Assembly: GCA_963693365.1 (NCBI GenBank)
Contig: CAVNZM010000006.1
Coordinates: 9,303,355 to 9,367,354 of the forward strand
From: Amoebidium appalachense
Taxonomy: Eukaryota; Protista; Ichthyosporea
DNA: 64,000 nucleotides
Reading direction: 5' to 3'
The number at the start of each line of letters is the position of its first letter. Position 1 is the stretch's first letter. Positions 26,575 to 50,089 of this stretch are shown here, one piece after another. The notes below the pieces were generated by a model. That model saw only the letters and a program-made list of their open reading frames with translations, was not told where the DNA came from and ran no database searches. The translations under genes and the position numbers were made by a program.

Positions 26575-28373
26575 TTAGCCCGCAGGGACACCTGTGCGCT
26601 CAGTCCGTTCCAGAAAGCCACCCTTATAGTTCCACACATTCCTGTATCCCATCCCCCGTGGCCAACAGGCAGGCAGTCTCGGACCTTCTCCCCACCCCGC
26701 ACAGGAAGATGATATTCGTGTCGGGGAAGAAGCTTAGGGAACCTATGGCGTTCCTCAAATGCCTCATCTGCGAGTCCAAGAGCCAAACTAAATTCACCCA
26801 ACGGCAAGAGCTTTGCGCCTGGAACGGAGCCCTTCTCGTACTCAACCGGCTCACGAACATCAACGAAAACGGTGTTGGGCTGCCAGAAGTTGTTGATAAC
26901 CAGTGGAATGGGTGTGTGTGGGGTAGACAACGTGTGTGTTAGTGTAAGTGTGTGTGTGTGGGCGCAGCGCGGGTGCAAGCGCCTGTGCGTCTTGGTTGTG
27001 TGTACATGTACGACCCTTCTATCCAATTTCCTATCCTGGTCATTTCCCCTAACCATGTAACCTGCCCACAGAAACCACCACGGCCACGGTAAACCTCTTC
27101 ACCACACACACTTCCTCACCCTTACAAATACCCCCCCCCCTTCCCCCCCCCTCCCCCCTTCCCCCCCCCCCCGGGGGGGGGGGATACCGTTCTATCCTTG
27201 GTCCGACGTCCTTCCTTAATCCCCCTCCTCCCCTTTCCCGAAAAATTCCCTATCCTTGGTACCCCCTCCTTCCAGATTTCCCAAACCCACACCCAAACCC
27301 ATTAACAGTCAATCACATACCCTTACTTTTCCCACACCAATTTCAATAAGACAGCTAGCCCTCCCCTTCCCCCCCCCCCACCCTCCCCCCGAGGGGGGTC
27401 CAACAGCCACACAGCCACACAATAGTCTCGTCCCTCCCGATGTTCAGAAACACTACATAATTTAAGCCCCCACTCCCCTCTTCCCCAAAAGGCCTCCCCT
27501 CACACCGGAGATCACCAGAAATCAGGCACCCAGCCCTTCCCCTACACACCTTGGGGTCTTTGGTCAGTGTCATCACCTCCAAACTAATCACAGGAACAGG
27601 GGCTGCATCACACGTGTCTGGGGGCACACCACTGCAGTAGGCACGCGTTTGCCATGTGGGAGCACCGCACACGGGCATAGCCGCAAGAGACTGACGAGAA
27701 TCATGGCTGGAAATATTTGCTGTGGAGAGGGGGGATAGATAGCAAAGGACAAGAAGAAGCGGGAGAAAGAGTAAAAGATGTAGGAAGAATCATAGGTGGA
27801 GGTTAGGATGGGTAAGAAATTAGAGGAAGGGCAGGGTGCGACATAAGGCAGAACAGGGGGCAGGAGTTGTTAAGATTACGCCTAAGCCACTATAAAGTCA
27901 GGTGGGACAGATGGGAGGAGTACCCAGACAGGAAACTTAAGGAAAGAAAGAAAAGAAAGGAGACACGTGCCTAGCAGAGCCTCGACTCAAGGTTCACACA
28001 ACCAAACAAGAGAGCGCAAGACTCCGTCGACCATAGCCCACAGGAGAAGTTGGACGCACAAACGTTAAAGTGTTAAGCCCATGGGCAACTAGGCGCATAA
28101 AACACACGCATAACACACACACGTGTTCTTGCACACACCAAGAGAGGTGGGGGAAAAGTGGGAGATGGAGGCAAAAATGAGTAAAGGGAGAGGGAGAGTT
28201 GTGTGCGTCATGGGGAAAAAAGGGAGAGAGGAAGACAGAGAGAGAAAGACCCACCCCGAGCTCGAGCTGCAGTCAGCAGGCTAAGTGTCGTTGTGGCCAC
28301 ATTGGCGCCGAACGGCCACCCGTCCGGCAGATGTGCGTACCCGTGGCATAGTTGAAAACGTACGTGACAGCAT
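26575..28373 (-). pseudogene. Tandem duplicate of the rhodanese gene with three single-base frameshifts
   Basis: Same three-exon layout (about 28373-28255, 27719-27550, 26879-26575) and homologous 3' flank. 1-nt insertions near 28302 (CAAT vs CAT), 26723-26726 and 26653-26657; active loop altered to CGVGRR. Confidence 0.8.
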
Positions 28374-28450
28374 GGTGTGCGTGTGTGCGTGAGTCTTTCA
28401 AAGGTGTACTTCTAACAAAAAGGCGTCGTGTCCAAGAGCTTTGCACACCT

Positions 28451-28496
28451 CAACACCCCCTATATACCAACAGATGTTGGCATATAGGGGGTCTTG
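28451..28496. mobile_element. 46-bp hairpin micro-element with imperfect target-site duplication
   Basis: Arms CAACACCCCCTATATACCAACA and TGTTGGCATATAGGGGGTCTTG (20/22 paired, 2-nt loop), flanked by GCACACCT and GCACAACCT. Not seen upstream of the intact rhodanese copy. Confidence 0.55.
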
Positions 28497-29121
28497 GCAC
28501 AACCTCCCAAAAAACAGCCCTTGTCCACTGAGCCGTGTCGCTCAACTTTGGCTCATGACCAATGAGCCGTGTGGCTCGTCACACATCACTATCAGCTCCG
28601 CATTATGACCGTCAAAAATGACGTCAGCAGCACTGCAGAACTATCCTTTACTTAGTCATTACTCAGTCATTGAATCCAGAGCGGACCCCCCCCCCCCCCC
28701 CCCCCCTCCCCCCCCCCCCTCCAAAGCAGCATATGATGCATTTTGATTTCAAAAGATACAACACACATGCCAGGCGCCTGGGTTAAGGTTCTGTCTGCAA
28801 TCAAACACGCGTGGCAACAGATCCGGCTGTTGCGAACGTTGCGCATACCGTGAGCGTCATATCTCATTTCTATTCCATTTAGTCTGTGCGTGCACATGCA
28901 CTGCAGACAGGGCAGCCACCAGTCTGCCAATGCTTCTATCTGAAATATTGTCCTACGAAAGGTTAGTCACTTTGAGTGCTGTCTCCCTGCGGCTTGGCTC
29001 AACATACCTTGTATGTTGCCGCAGGCGACAATCACTAGACAAAGTGTCTGATTGCGCAAACAAATTTAAATTTACAGCATATGATTGGTTCAAAGTCGCA
29101 TTAATAATCTAATGGGAATTA

Positions 29122-29232
29122 AGGAAGCGTTGCTATTGCCCAACAATTTAGGGAAGCGTTCCTATTGCCCAACAGAAGATACAGCATTCCTATTGGACCT
29201 ACAAGATAACCAAGCGTTCCGATTGCCCAACA
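29122..29232. repeat. Short minisatellite, 4 units of ~29-30 bp
   Basis: Core AAGCGTTCCTATTGCCCAACA repeated with variants at ~29124, 29154, 29183 and 29212. Confidence 0.8.
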
Positions 29233-29558
29233 GGAATTCATAGACCCAGTCGGAGACGTCCGGCGGCGTAGTAGTGCCCGGCCACTTGCGTAAGCCAGTG
29301 GGTACATAGCCTTGGAGACTAACGAAATGTGCAATATTATGGTGCGCCTTGATTAGGGGCACTCCAAGGTGAATTTTTTTTCTCTGTTAGCTTGGTGGTT
29401 TCCAAAGGGCCAGGGAGCAACCAAAGCGGAGAAAAAAAAAAGAAAAAAAAAAAAGGGGGTCAAGAGGTTTTGGTTCTTTCCAATCTCATTCATGCATAGA
29501 CTGACTTCCCCCCCACTTTTTATTAGTCTTAGTTGTCAGGGACGGGGGTGGGGAAGAA

Positions 29559-29598
<40 letters not shown>

Positions 29599-29685
29599 TA
29601 AACACGCTGAACACAGCGAGAGTGGGGGGGAGAAAGAGGGATTTTGAAAACCCCGTCAATATTGTGCTGCAGACTAACTCACATC

Positions 29686-29796
<111 letters not shown>

Positions 29797-29880
29797 GCGG
29801 GGGGGGGGGGGGGGGGGGTGTTTTAAACAATCAAGACCACCGCTGTCCCACGATTTCTTGTTTGCATCTATATGCAGCAT

Positions 29881-40370
<10,490 letters not shown>

Positions 40371-41536
40371 GCCTAATATTCGACTCCAATTGGAGGCAGT
40401 CCCTCAAAGAGCATTGCCCACTATGTTCCCCCCCCCCCCCACCCCCCCCCCTCACCCCCCCACCCCCACCCCCACCCCACCCCCTCCCCACTCCGCCCCT
40501 CCCCCCCCCCCCCCCCCCCCTCCCCCCAAAATAAATAAATGAATAAATAAATAAATAAATAAATAAATAAAAGGGGAAAGAAAGAGGGGGGGGTGGGGGG
40601 TGGGGGGACCTAAACACATGCACAACGCATGTTCTAGCAGAAAAAAAGAGGTCCTTCGAAAGTAAAAAGTTCCTAGTCGCAAAAAGTCACATACGTTGCT
40701 GTGCGGTTTTAAGACGAGCGATTTTACCCCCCTTCCCCCCCCCCCCCCCCCCCCCCCCCTCCCCCCTCCCCCCCCCCTTCTCCCTCTCCCCCGCTCCCCC
40801 CGCGCACATACCACAGCCTCCCCTCCCATTTTCCAACCACTTCGTTTATAGTCAGATCTCTGGCACTCAAAAGAAACATCAACGAGCCCTTGTCAAGCGC
40901 TGTACTTCTCATTTCTCCTGTTTTCCTTTCGGCTCTATCAAAAACCCCCCAGTTCTTGCGCAACGTTTCCGTACCTGTTGTGGCTGTGTCATGGTTGAGA
41001 TGGGAGGCTGGACCTCTGTTCTTGACGTGCTGGAAGTGTCCATTGTGTGACCCAAGCACACCGTCGACGTCAGACGTTTGTGTCACAACTTTTAAAAGAT
41101 GCTTTGAGGATCTAAGGTGAGTGATATGGGTAGGTTCAACTCTTGCTCGTGTGTGCTTATAAACCTTTTCACAAGTGAAAGTGTGACAATCGGCAAACCC
41201 CTCCCTGAATCTCTAGCTGCTTGCTCCTGGGAACCTCACAACTGTACAACTGGACCAAAAATTATTTTTCAGCACGGTAACAACTTACTAACAAGCCTTC
41301 TTTGTTAGCACGGGTTTTCGTTTCGTTGTATGCACGTGTATTTCATTTTCAAACGTCAACTTGCAAGATCTATTCAAGAATTCCGGCAAATTGCGTAAAT
41401 AATTAGCTATAAATGGTAGATATTCAATCTATTATCCAATCACTACGCTGAGAGTTTTCGGCAACAGCTCGGCACAATGTCAAAGTCTGTTCTTTTTTTT
41501 GCAACTTTTATTTAGCTGGTTGCCTTACTAGCCAGT

Positions 41537-43512
41537 ATGGACGACAGTTCTCTGTTGCGCTGCACCCACCCGGGCTGCAAGCAAAAATTTGAATCATCCT
41601 CAGACCTCTCAGAGCATCTACGAGTCCACTCGAGCGAGAAGTCCATTCTATGCACACACGAAAACTGTGGGCAAGGCTTTGCTCATCTGGCCACGCTAAT
41701 TATCCATTCAGCACAAAAGCATCAAGGGGAAAACCCGTTCAGGTGTCCCCAGTGGGGCTGCCCAGCCGCTTTTTCAAATCCCAGTTCGCTGACCTGGCAT
41801 GTAAAAGAGCACGAAGGGTAAGCATCTTTTGAATACGCGTTGTTGTGATTCGTCAGACTCGGTGTTCTTCGTCTGGCTCGTTCCTCAGCTTTCCCCGTCC
41901 TCCTTACGGTTGTCTTTTGCATTTTCAGCAACTCTTTCTCCCCCAGAGTCGCCCACCACCCCGACTACCCCGACCTTTAACCTTCCCCCTACCTAAAGGC
42001 CGTGAGGGTGTCTACACCAGTTTGGCACGATGGTTATCGAGTAGGAGTGTAGTGAGAGGTGGTGGATAGGGGAAAACGGTCAGCTTTTTCATGTTAATTG
42101 CAGGTCGGTTGGTTATTGTGTTTCGGCCTGGGTGTGCTTATTGTTTGTTATCTGGTTTGTATGGTGGGTGGTGGTGGTGGGTGAACTGATCGTGAAGGCA
42201 GGGGATCGCGTGTGTGATGGGTGGTGGGCAGCAAAATATGTTCTTCGTACCCCATTTTATAGATCAATCAGCTCACATTCTAGGGTCACCAGGGAGGTAT
42301 ACGAGTGTGATGCCCCTGGGTGCCGTGCAGGGTTTGCCACCCTACTTGCCCTGGACCAACACAAAAAAAACCACAAGGAACTGTGGGCCTACCAGTGCTG
42401 TTTGCCAGACTGCACCATGACACTGAGTTCCCTCGATGCTTTGGAGGCCCATACGCAGCAACACCACGACAAGGGATACAAGTATTCCCTCCCCGCCCCC
42501 CCCCCCCAAACCACCCCCACACCCCTCACGCCCTGCCGCCGCCACCACCGCCTGCCTGCTGAGCTGCTTATGTTTCCTTACAAATGGGAAGGTGGAGAAA
42601 AAGGCGAGGGAAAATAGGTGTAGGAAGATGTTTGGGTAGCCTAACTGGGTGCGGGCTTTTGCCAGGCAGTGCTGACGCAACTTCTTGCAACCTAATTTAC
42701 ATATCTGCGACTTAAGCTGCCCCACACATGTTCACCCCCCCAGCCCTCCCAACCTCTTCTTTGAACCATTTTTCTGATCGTGTTGTATCGATTCCCCCCC
42801 CCCCCCCCCCCCCCCCCCCCTCCCCTACTACCCCTTCCTCCTCCTCCTCCTCCACGTGCATGCATGGCAACACCTTTGGCCTTTTCCCACCCCTCCCTTT
42901 GGCCCAGATGGCCCTTCCCTCTTTTGCCTCCCACCTACTTCCATATCCACTCTTTGATAACCACGCTATCACATGGAGCCCCTCCCCTCCCTTACCCTCC
43001 CCCTCCCGCCGCCCCCCCACCTCCCCCCCAAGCCATACACCATGAAGGACCCGTTGATTTTTAAGTCTTCTGCATTCAGGTGTGTGCATCCAGGCTGTGG
43101 CGCTACCTTTGCACAGGCCAACCTACTGGCACGGCACCGACGAAAACAGCACCCCCTGGACACTCCTCTGCGCTTTCGTTGCCGGGTAGAAAACTGTGGA
43201 GAGGAATTTTGTTCGGTACAAACGCTTGAGGAGCACATGCATTTGCGGCACTTGAGTGTCATGTTCAATAGTGCTGAAGAAGTCTTTCTTTGTTCTTTTG
43301 CTGATTGCTTATACACGTTTAGTGATGTTGATGAACTTGCCATGCACTTAGATGAGCATGAATGGAAAGGCACCTCCGAGGAAGAAGATAGTTCAGAGCT
43401 GCGAGAGATGACTTCAGCCCGGGGTCGTCCGGCTCCTACCAAGAAAGGAAGAAAGAACGAAGCAAACAGGAAGGTGCCTGCACGGTATAATAGCATCAAT
43501 AGTCCGCAGTGA
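41537..43512 (+). CDS. C2H2 zinc-finger protein with 8 C-x4-C fingers and a basic C-terminal tail, 3 exons
   Basis: Exons 41537-41817, 42284-42481, 43080-43512, phases consistent. Fingers CTHPGC, CTHENC, CPQWGC, CDAPGC, CCLPDC, CVHPGC, CRVENC, CSFADC, each with F, L and HxxxH(H) signatures; tail ARGRPAPTKKGRK. Confidence 0.92.
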
Positions 43513-44175
43513 CTGCTATATGTGTAATAGTCTGAGAACAAACCGCATAGGAAGGCCCAGCCTATGGTTTCACACACACTTGATAGATGTAAGAGCGTAG
43601 GCCGAAATTGCCTTTAGGTATGTCTAAACGTAGGTAGTTTGCAGAAATTGTTTACGTCATCATGTACATAGTAAAATGAAGGGTTGTGGCCTGGAAAACC
43701 GTTTGCATGGTGTGCAACGGTGTTTTTCAGTAAAGGCCAGTGATGTCAGCTTATCATATGCATATATTTTCTGCCTACTACCTGCATGCATATTGCGTCG
43801 GCCATATGGTGTGGCATCGTGTTTTCTAGCCGACCAGGCTCCTCAGGGACGAATTTAAAAGATTTTTGTACAGCCCTTGCCCTTGGTAAACGGTGCTGCA
43901 GGTCCCAAAGCCAAGAGATAGGGTTGGCCTGCGGGCGGTGGAGGTGGGTGGGTACCAGTGGTGGAGGTGGTGGTGGTGGTTGGGGGGAGGGGGGGATTGA
44001 AGTTTGGGGGCCGGGAGGTATCATCAGCGGTGAAGAGGAGCTCGAGTGGAGGGGGAACAGTATACCGGTGCTCATGCATGGCACCCGCAGCTGATTACTG
44101 CATACTCGGACCCCAGGTACCTGCAATTGTCGGTATATCTGTATATTAGCGTCCAGTGTGTCTGTGCACAACGTT

Positions 44176-44314
<139 letters not shown>

Positions 44315-44752
44315 CACTACGTTGTGTGTGCGTGCGTGTGTGTGTGCTGCAGATCCCTTTACCAAGAGCCCTTCCTTCCCCCCCCCCCCCCCCCCCCCCC
44401 CTCCCCCTCCCCTCCCCCCAAAATACACACACACCTCACCCCACCCCGGCCCACCCCCACCCTGGGTGCTCTACTACAGTATTCATATGCTTCTGAACAC
44501 GATGTATGTTGTTTCAGCTGGTTGTTTGTGTGTGCTACCGTGTGCATAGCGTTCGTTGTACGTACGACGTAAGCGTGTTTTTTCGTACTATGTGACGCGT
44601 TCTAAACCCCCCTCCCCTACCCCCTACCCCTCCCCCCCCCCCCCCCCCCTCCCCCCCTCTTTCTCTCGTACTCCCCCCCTCCCCGCCTCTCTCTCCCTCC
44701 CTCCCTCTAGATCTTGTCTCTGCCAACGGAAGGCTAAGCCTTGACATATGAT

Positions 44753-45063
44753 GGTGACGTCACCCCATTTGCATTACGTCATATACCCATGGGGTGATGA
44801 AGCCGCGGATCACGCGGCAACGCCGCCAGCGCAGGGGGCAAGCGCGGGGAAGAGCATATATAGCCTGCGACAGCCTGTTTAAGACTTTCTGGCGTGAATT
44901 GATTATAACTATAGATAATTATATACTTCTTGAGTTCAACTACATAGACATGTACATACACTAGGAAGTGGAAGTGGTAGGCCGCAATGGGCGTGAGCAC
45001 AGGTCACGTGACCGTGAGGCCGCAACTGATTGGGAGCTCTTGTTTATCCCAGGTAACCAATCA
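44753..45063. promoter_or_regulatory. Cluster of bZIP, bHLH and NF-Y-type motifs upstream of the JAZF1 gene
   Basis: Perfect palindromes GGTGACGTCACC (44753-44764, CRE) and GGTCACGTGACC (45002-45013, E-box); TTACGTCA (44774); CTGATTGG (45026) and CCAATCA (45057). A second CTGATTGG...CCAATCA pair lies at 45601-45625. Confidence 0.5.
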
Positions 45064-46845
45064 CAAAGGGAGTTTTCCAAGCACCAACCAGAGGCTGCCA
45101 CGGCCGATGCCTCGACAAGGCACATGCATCCACGTGCATGAGTTGCTGAAGGGCAAGTCCAATAATACACGCTATGGCGGTTATTTTTTTTCCATCCTTC
45201 TATATTCGAGTATGTTTATTTATACGCTTGATCAAGAGAGTTTTCGTGCCAAAAACTGTACATTGTGGCCATTCTCTTACGAGCGGCTCACGGCCAGTCA
45301 AAACGGTTTTATGAGGGCGTGCACAACATATTGGTTGTGATTTTTTATCAGCGCTCCTTGCTGATGAGTACAAGATCTCGTATAATACATTTAAAATCTC
45401 TATTTTAAATTAACTTAAAAATCAATAACTTATTGTAAGTCCTAATAACATTAATATACAGCCTATATGTTGCAAATGCTAGTTAAAAACATTGTTGGCA
45501 CGCAGCTTCTGTCGCCATGTTTGCACGGGGTATTGCCCAGGGGTTTACCCCCGTCTACTTTCCAAAAATGGCGAATTTCTGTTTTCCTAGTATCTATGCG
45601 CTGATTGGCTCCCTGTAACCAATCACTTGCCATGTATGGTTCTTTTTGGATGACGTGATAATTCTCGTTTGGCCTTCTTTGCACCGCACATCTCAGCGCC
45701 CACACACACAGTCAGACACACACACATACAGTTGTACCCCATCGATATCGGTATCACCCCACTTACACCACCTCCCACCTTCCAACTTCCACACGACTTT
45801 GTTTCCTCTTTTTCTCAACTGGAAAAGAGTTACTATTTTGGTCTTTTTACCTCTGCAACAAGCGTGATCTTGCTTCTACAAAAGCCGTCTTTCACTCTTC
45901 AAGTGTGCTCGCTTTGAGTTCTCATCTTGTGGACGAAAGATCACACGCATAGGACGGTTTGTTTGCCCTAGTAGCAGCTGCCGGGTACCTTGTCCAAAAC
46001 CACGTTTGTTTCCTCTACCAACTTAGCTTCATTAGGTCTTATTTGACCGTGAGCTCCCGCCCACCGTAACCCAAGGTAGGTTGAAAAACAAGGCAATCCC
46101 TTGAAGGTTTTTGCTTTTTGTGGTTTGAAAGAACTCTTGTGTGTGTTTGTGTTCTGACGGTTTTTGTTAACCGTCGCTTTCAATAGATTTAAGTTATTTT
46201 TCAGTTTTGTTTTGTTGTGCATTAACCAGGGTACTTACTGTACGGCCATAGAGTAGTTCAGCTTTTTTTCCCCCTTGAGTCAGTGTTTGGTAGTTTTTGG
46301 TATGTGTCGTGAAAGTTATAATTCCACTAGTGCACGGGTTACACTATCTCTCACATTAGCATGGATTCCAGTTGGTTATCATTGCTGGTTGAGGCTGATG
46401 CAGGTGCCCGTGGTGTTTTGCATGCCTTGTGTGTCCTATCAGTTTCTTGCCTGAAACAAGATGTTTTTTTCTTTTGGGTAAAGTGCCTTGTACCTTCTTC
46501 TCCTATTTCCTCCTCCCTCTTAACTTTTAATACCCATACTTGTTCAATTGCGCAAACTTTCACGGCTGGAAAGAGATCCGCCGTCTTGACGTTATTACTT
46601 ATCGGTTGCTCCGAGTTGCCTACAACCCTCGTGTGAAACTATGTGACTGCTTTCAGCCACACTTTGTCCTGTTTTTGGCTATCTTCAACTCAGCTACCCC
46701 ATAAAACCTCTCTCAGTCGGTCACAACTTCCACCTTAAGCTGTTGCGTTGACATAGATCTCACAGCAACTCCATGCCCAAGGATCCCTTTTAAGATCCTA
46801 CTGCTTTAGCGCATCGATCTAATCCAGCTGGTGCTTGCAGTAACC

Positions 46846-48369
46846 ATGGTGTATACCGACAACATATGTCTGTGGCCGGGCTGCAAGCTTACTTTTAAGA
46901 CCACCGAGGACCTAATTCTTCATGTTGAGGACGATCATGTGAGAGAGTCTACCAGCAGCAGCTTCTTTTTTTCTGAAGACGACCATATACCTGAAACCGT
47001 TCATCTGTCGTGTGTCAGTCCTTTCTTTACCGAAACACAACTTGCCGCCCGGCGAAATAGTCAGGTAACATCCCATACTCACTTGCTCCATACTCATGGC
47101 TCACACAATACCCAGTGAATCTGGCATGCGTAGCACCACTGGTTGTTGCTTCCGTAAAGCTCTGCCACACACGGTTTACCCCAATTGTCCATTGAGTGCA
47201 TGTGTTGATAGCTGCATCCCAGTTTTTTTAACTAAGAAAATGTTTCCAGGAACGAGTACCGTGTGGCAGCCTCAAGAGGAGAGAGAGTGAATGTAGCGAC
47301 ACCCCGGACCTTGTGGAGGAGTATGTCTTGGAGGACGGCAACGGCATGCTGACACCAGACAGCCTGCCCTCGCCCACTTCCTCCACCCATGAGTCCGTCT
47401 TCGTTTTGGATGTGAGTTCCAACCCCCCCCCCCCCCCCCTCCCCCAACCCACCCACCCACCCACCCTCCCGCCCACACACACATACCACACACAGCCTAC
47501 TACACCCTCCCCCTCCCTGCCTTTGCTCACCTGCCCTTTCATTCTCTTTCCCTGGTGCTACCACACGTCGCAAGTTCTGTGCCTTTTTTACTCTGTATAT
47601 GTAACCTCCAACCCCTGCATTTCCTGCCCTTCGAATTCAATATTCAGATAATAGTAGCTCGGCTATCTGCTTCCTTGACGACAGAGAACTGAGGTAACTG
47701 CATGGTTTTCCGAATTTCTTCATGCATGAAGTTGTCCTGTTTCATCCCGATTCACCATTCAAATCCGCCTTAGGGAATCCCATTATACCATGTATACTGA
47801 CTGCCTGTATGCAGGGGATGAACTCAGACGACCTGCCCGTAGCCGAGATAGACGACATCGAAGACCGACCCTACATCTGCCCCGTGCCGGGCTGTGGCAA
47901 GCGCTACAAGAACCCCAACGGCATCAAGTACCACACCGTGCACGGCCACACAAACGAGGCCTTGCAGAAGAAGCCCTACAAGGTATGCCTGAGGATCACC
48001 CCTCTTTATCCTCTCCAATCCCGTGGTACTGCCAGTTGCTTGGTTGCCTTTTTTGGGGTATCTCCCCGTTGGATGACTGTGAGCTGTGTTGCATGCAATT
48101 GGTCAGTTTAGGTGTCCACAGAACCCTGCTTGAGGGACCTGGAAATGCAAATTACTTGCCCATCACTGCCACAACATGTCTTGCATGTGCTTACGTAAGT
48201 TGTGACCACAGTGCAAGATTATTGGGTGCGGCAAGAGATACACCAACGTTAGTGGCCTTAGACATCACTTCAACCAGCGCCATCCAAAGGAGCCCTATGA
48301 GAGGTATTACCCCCATCCCCGCCCCCCCATCCCCCCCCCCCCCCCCACCACCACCACCACAACAACAAC

Positions 48370-48410
<41 letters not shown>

Positions 48411-48605
48411 TTTTTCTTAAGCCTTGATCTGAAAGTCTACATGCAGGCACGAACGTATCCACAAACACACCATTTCTCCTTTTTAATTTGGTAGCAAAGC
48501 GCCGGAGCAATTCATTGTTTTGTTCAGAGTAACCACCCCGGGGGACGGTTTGTGTGTGGATTTAATTTTATGTATTTATTGTGTATGTGTTTTGGGTGGG
48601 GTTAA

Positions 48606-48638
<33 letters not shown>

Positions 48639-48900
48639 TGCAAGCTCAACCCAGATAACGACGCAAAAAGCATTACCGTTAGTGAGGTTGGTTACCGGTA
48701 TTGTGTGTGTGTGTGTGTGTGTTTGATGGTGGCTTCTTCCGGGGGAGGATCCAACGATGAAGAGAGGACAGGTGCTGACGGTTTGTGTGTGCAGGTTCCT
48801 TGCTGAAATCCGGAAGAGTCTTGTCGGCCAAAAGGCTCCTGCTGCTGCGGCCCAGCTGCCGGCACCCAAACCGGCCATGCCGTTCCAGATCCACATCTAG
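46846..48900 (+). CDS. JAZF1: JAZF1-like (Sfp1/JAZF1 family) three-C2H2 zinc-finger protein, 5 exons
   Basis: Exons 46846-47064, 47250-47411, 47815-47982, 48212-48303, 48795-48900. N-terminal NICLWPGCKLTFKTTEDLILHVEDDH followed by VHLSCVSPFFTETQLAARR; C-terminal RPYICPVPGCGKRYKNPNGIKYH and KPYKCKIIGCGKRYTNVSGLRHH follow the JAZF1 layout. Confidence 0.9.
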
Positions 48901-50032
48901 GCCATGTGTGTCTGCCTGCAGTAGGTGGGGCCCCGTCCCTGCTGCATAGACACAATGACAGGATAGCTGTTCTTGTGCTTGGTGACACGTTCAAGCATGT
49001 GATGGCTTTTCTTCACCGACGCACGATGTGATGTGATGTCATATTGGGGCTTCTGCCTCTCCTAGTTTCGTGCAGCCTTTTTAGTGCACGCTATAGGCTC
49101 GTTACAGGCACACTTTTGGGGAAACTTCTCATTTCTCGTGGATTGTCTGAAAGTGTAAACTTAAAGTGGGGCGCAGTTTCAGTTGTGTGTGTTTCATTGT
49201 CACATGTACACCCGTATTTCGTTATTTCACTCATTTATCAGCGTACGGTTACTGTAGAAGAAGCCCAGGCTGGTTCTGTGGTTCGAGTGTTCTAAGTCTA
49301 GTTTTATGATGATTTTCTAGTAATCAGGTACCGTGTTGCTTTTTGGTGTTGATACAATACTCGCGCATATGGCACTGCGCGAATATACATAACAAGTATA
49401 TAGGCTAAATAGGCTACGTGCACATTTTTTGTGTGTAGATATGCCATGTGCCAGGTGTTTTGGATATAGGGATTTGCTTGTGTGGCCGATATTTGCTGGT
49501 GTCAACACAAGTCTAGTGTGAAAGTCCTATTTTTGAGTATGTGCAATCAGTCGTGCAATGCATCCTGCAGGCAGGGGCTAAAAATATAGTAGCTGGGCAG
49601 GTGGACCAATCACTAGCCCGGCCCAAAAAAATAAAATGAAAATAATGACTGAAAACGTGATGAATCATCAGAACCAACACTAATATTCCTACTTTTTTTT
49701 TTGCCTGAAGATGCCGGTCAAGATACCTTATTTACTTGTTACAGCCATTTTGTGATGCTGTCTTACGGGGTCCACCCTTCTCCCCCGCCCCGCCCACCGA
49801 CCACCGACCACCACCACCGCACACACGTGCACACACGCTCACGCACATACTTCATCTGTGAAGCAAAAAGTCATCGTCGTTAAAAAGTCCGTCGACTTCT
49901 TTGTTCAAAGCTTTTCGTTCTTTCTTCTTCTTTTTTTTTTTTTTTTTTTTTTCGCCTTTTGGACCTTGGGAAGATGGGAAGAGAGGGGGGGAGGGGGGAG
50001 GTGGGTGGGTGGGTGGGTGGGTGGGTGGGTGG

Positions 50033-50089
<57 letters not shown>

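Noticed and set aside
29122-29232. Mini CRISPR-like array of 21-bp repeats
   Set aside because: Spacers are under 10 nt and the repeats are degenerate; an ordinary minisatellite.
40724-41120. ORFs between DPH1 and the zinc-finger gene
   Set aside because: Non-ATG starts, no recognisable motif, and the minus-strand ORF runs into poly-G; likely shared promoter or UTR sequence.
41537-43512. Calling the zinc-finger gene TFIIIA (GTF3A)
   Set aside because: Only 8 fingers found, without the TGEKP-type linkers and basic recognition helices expected for TFIIIA fingers 1-3.
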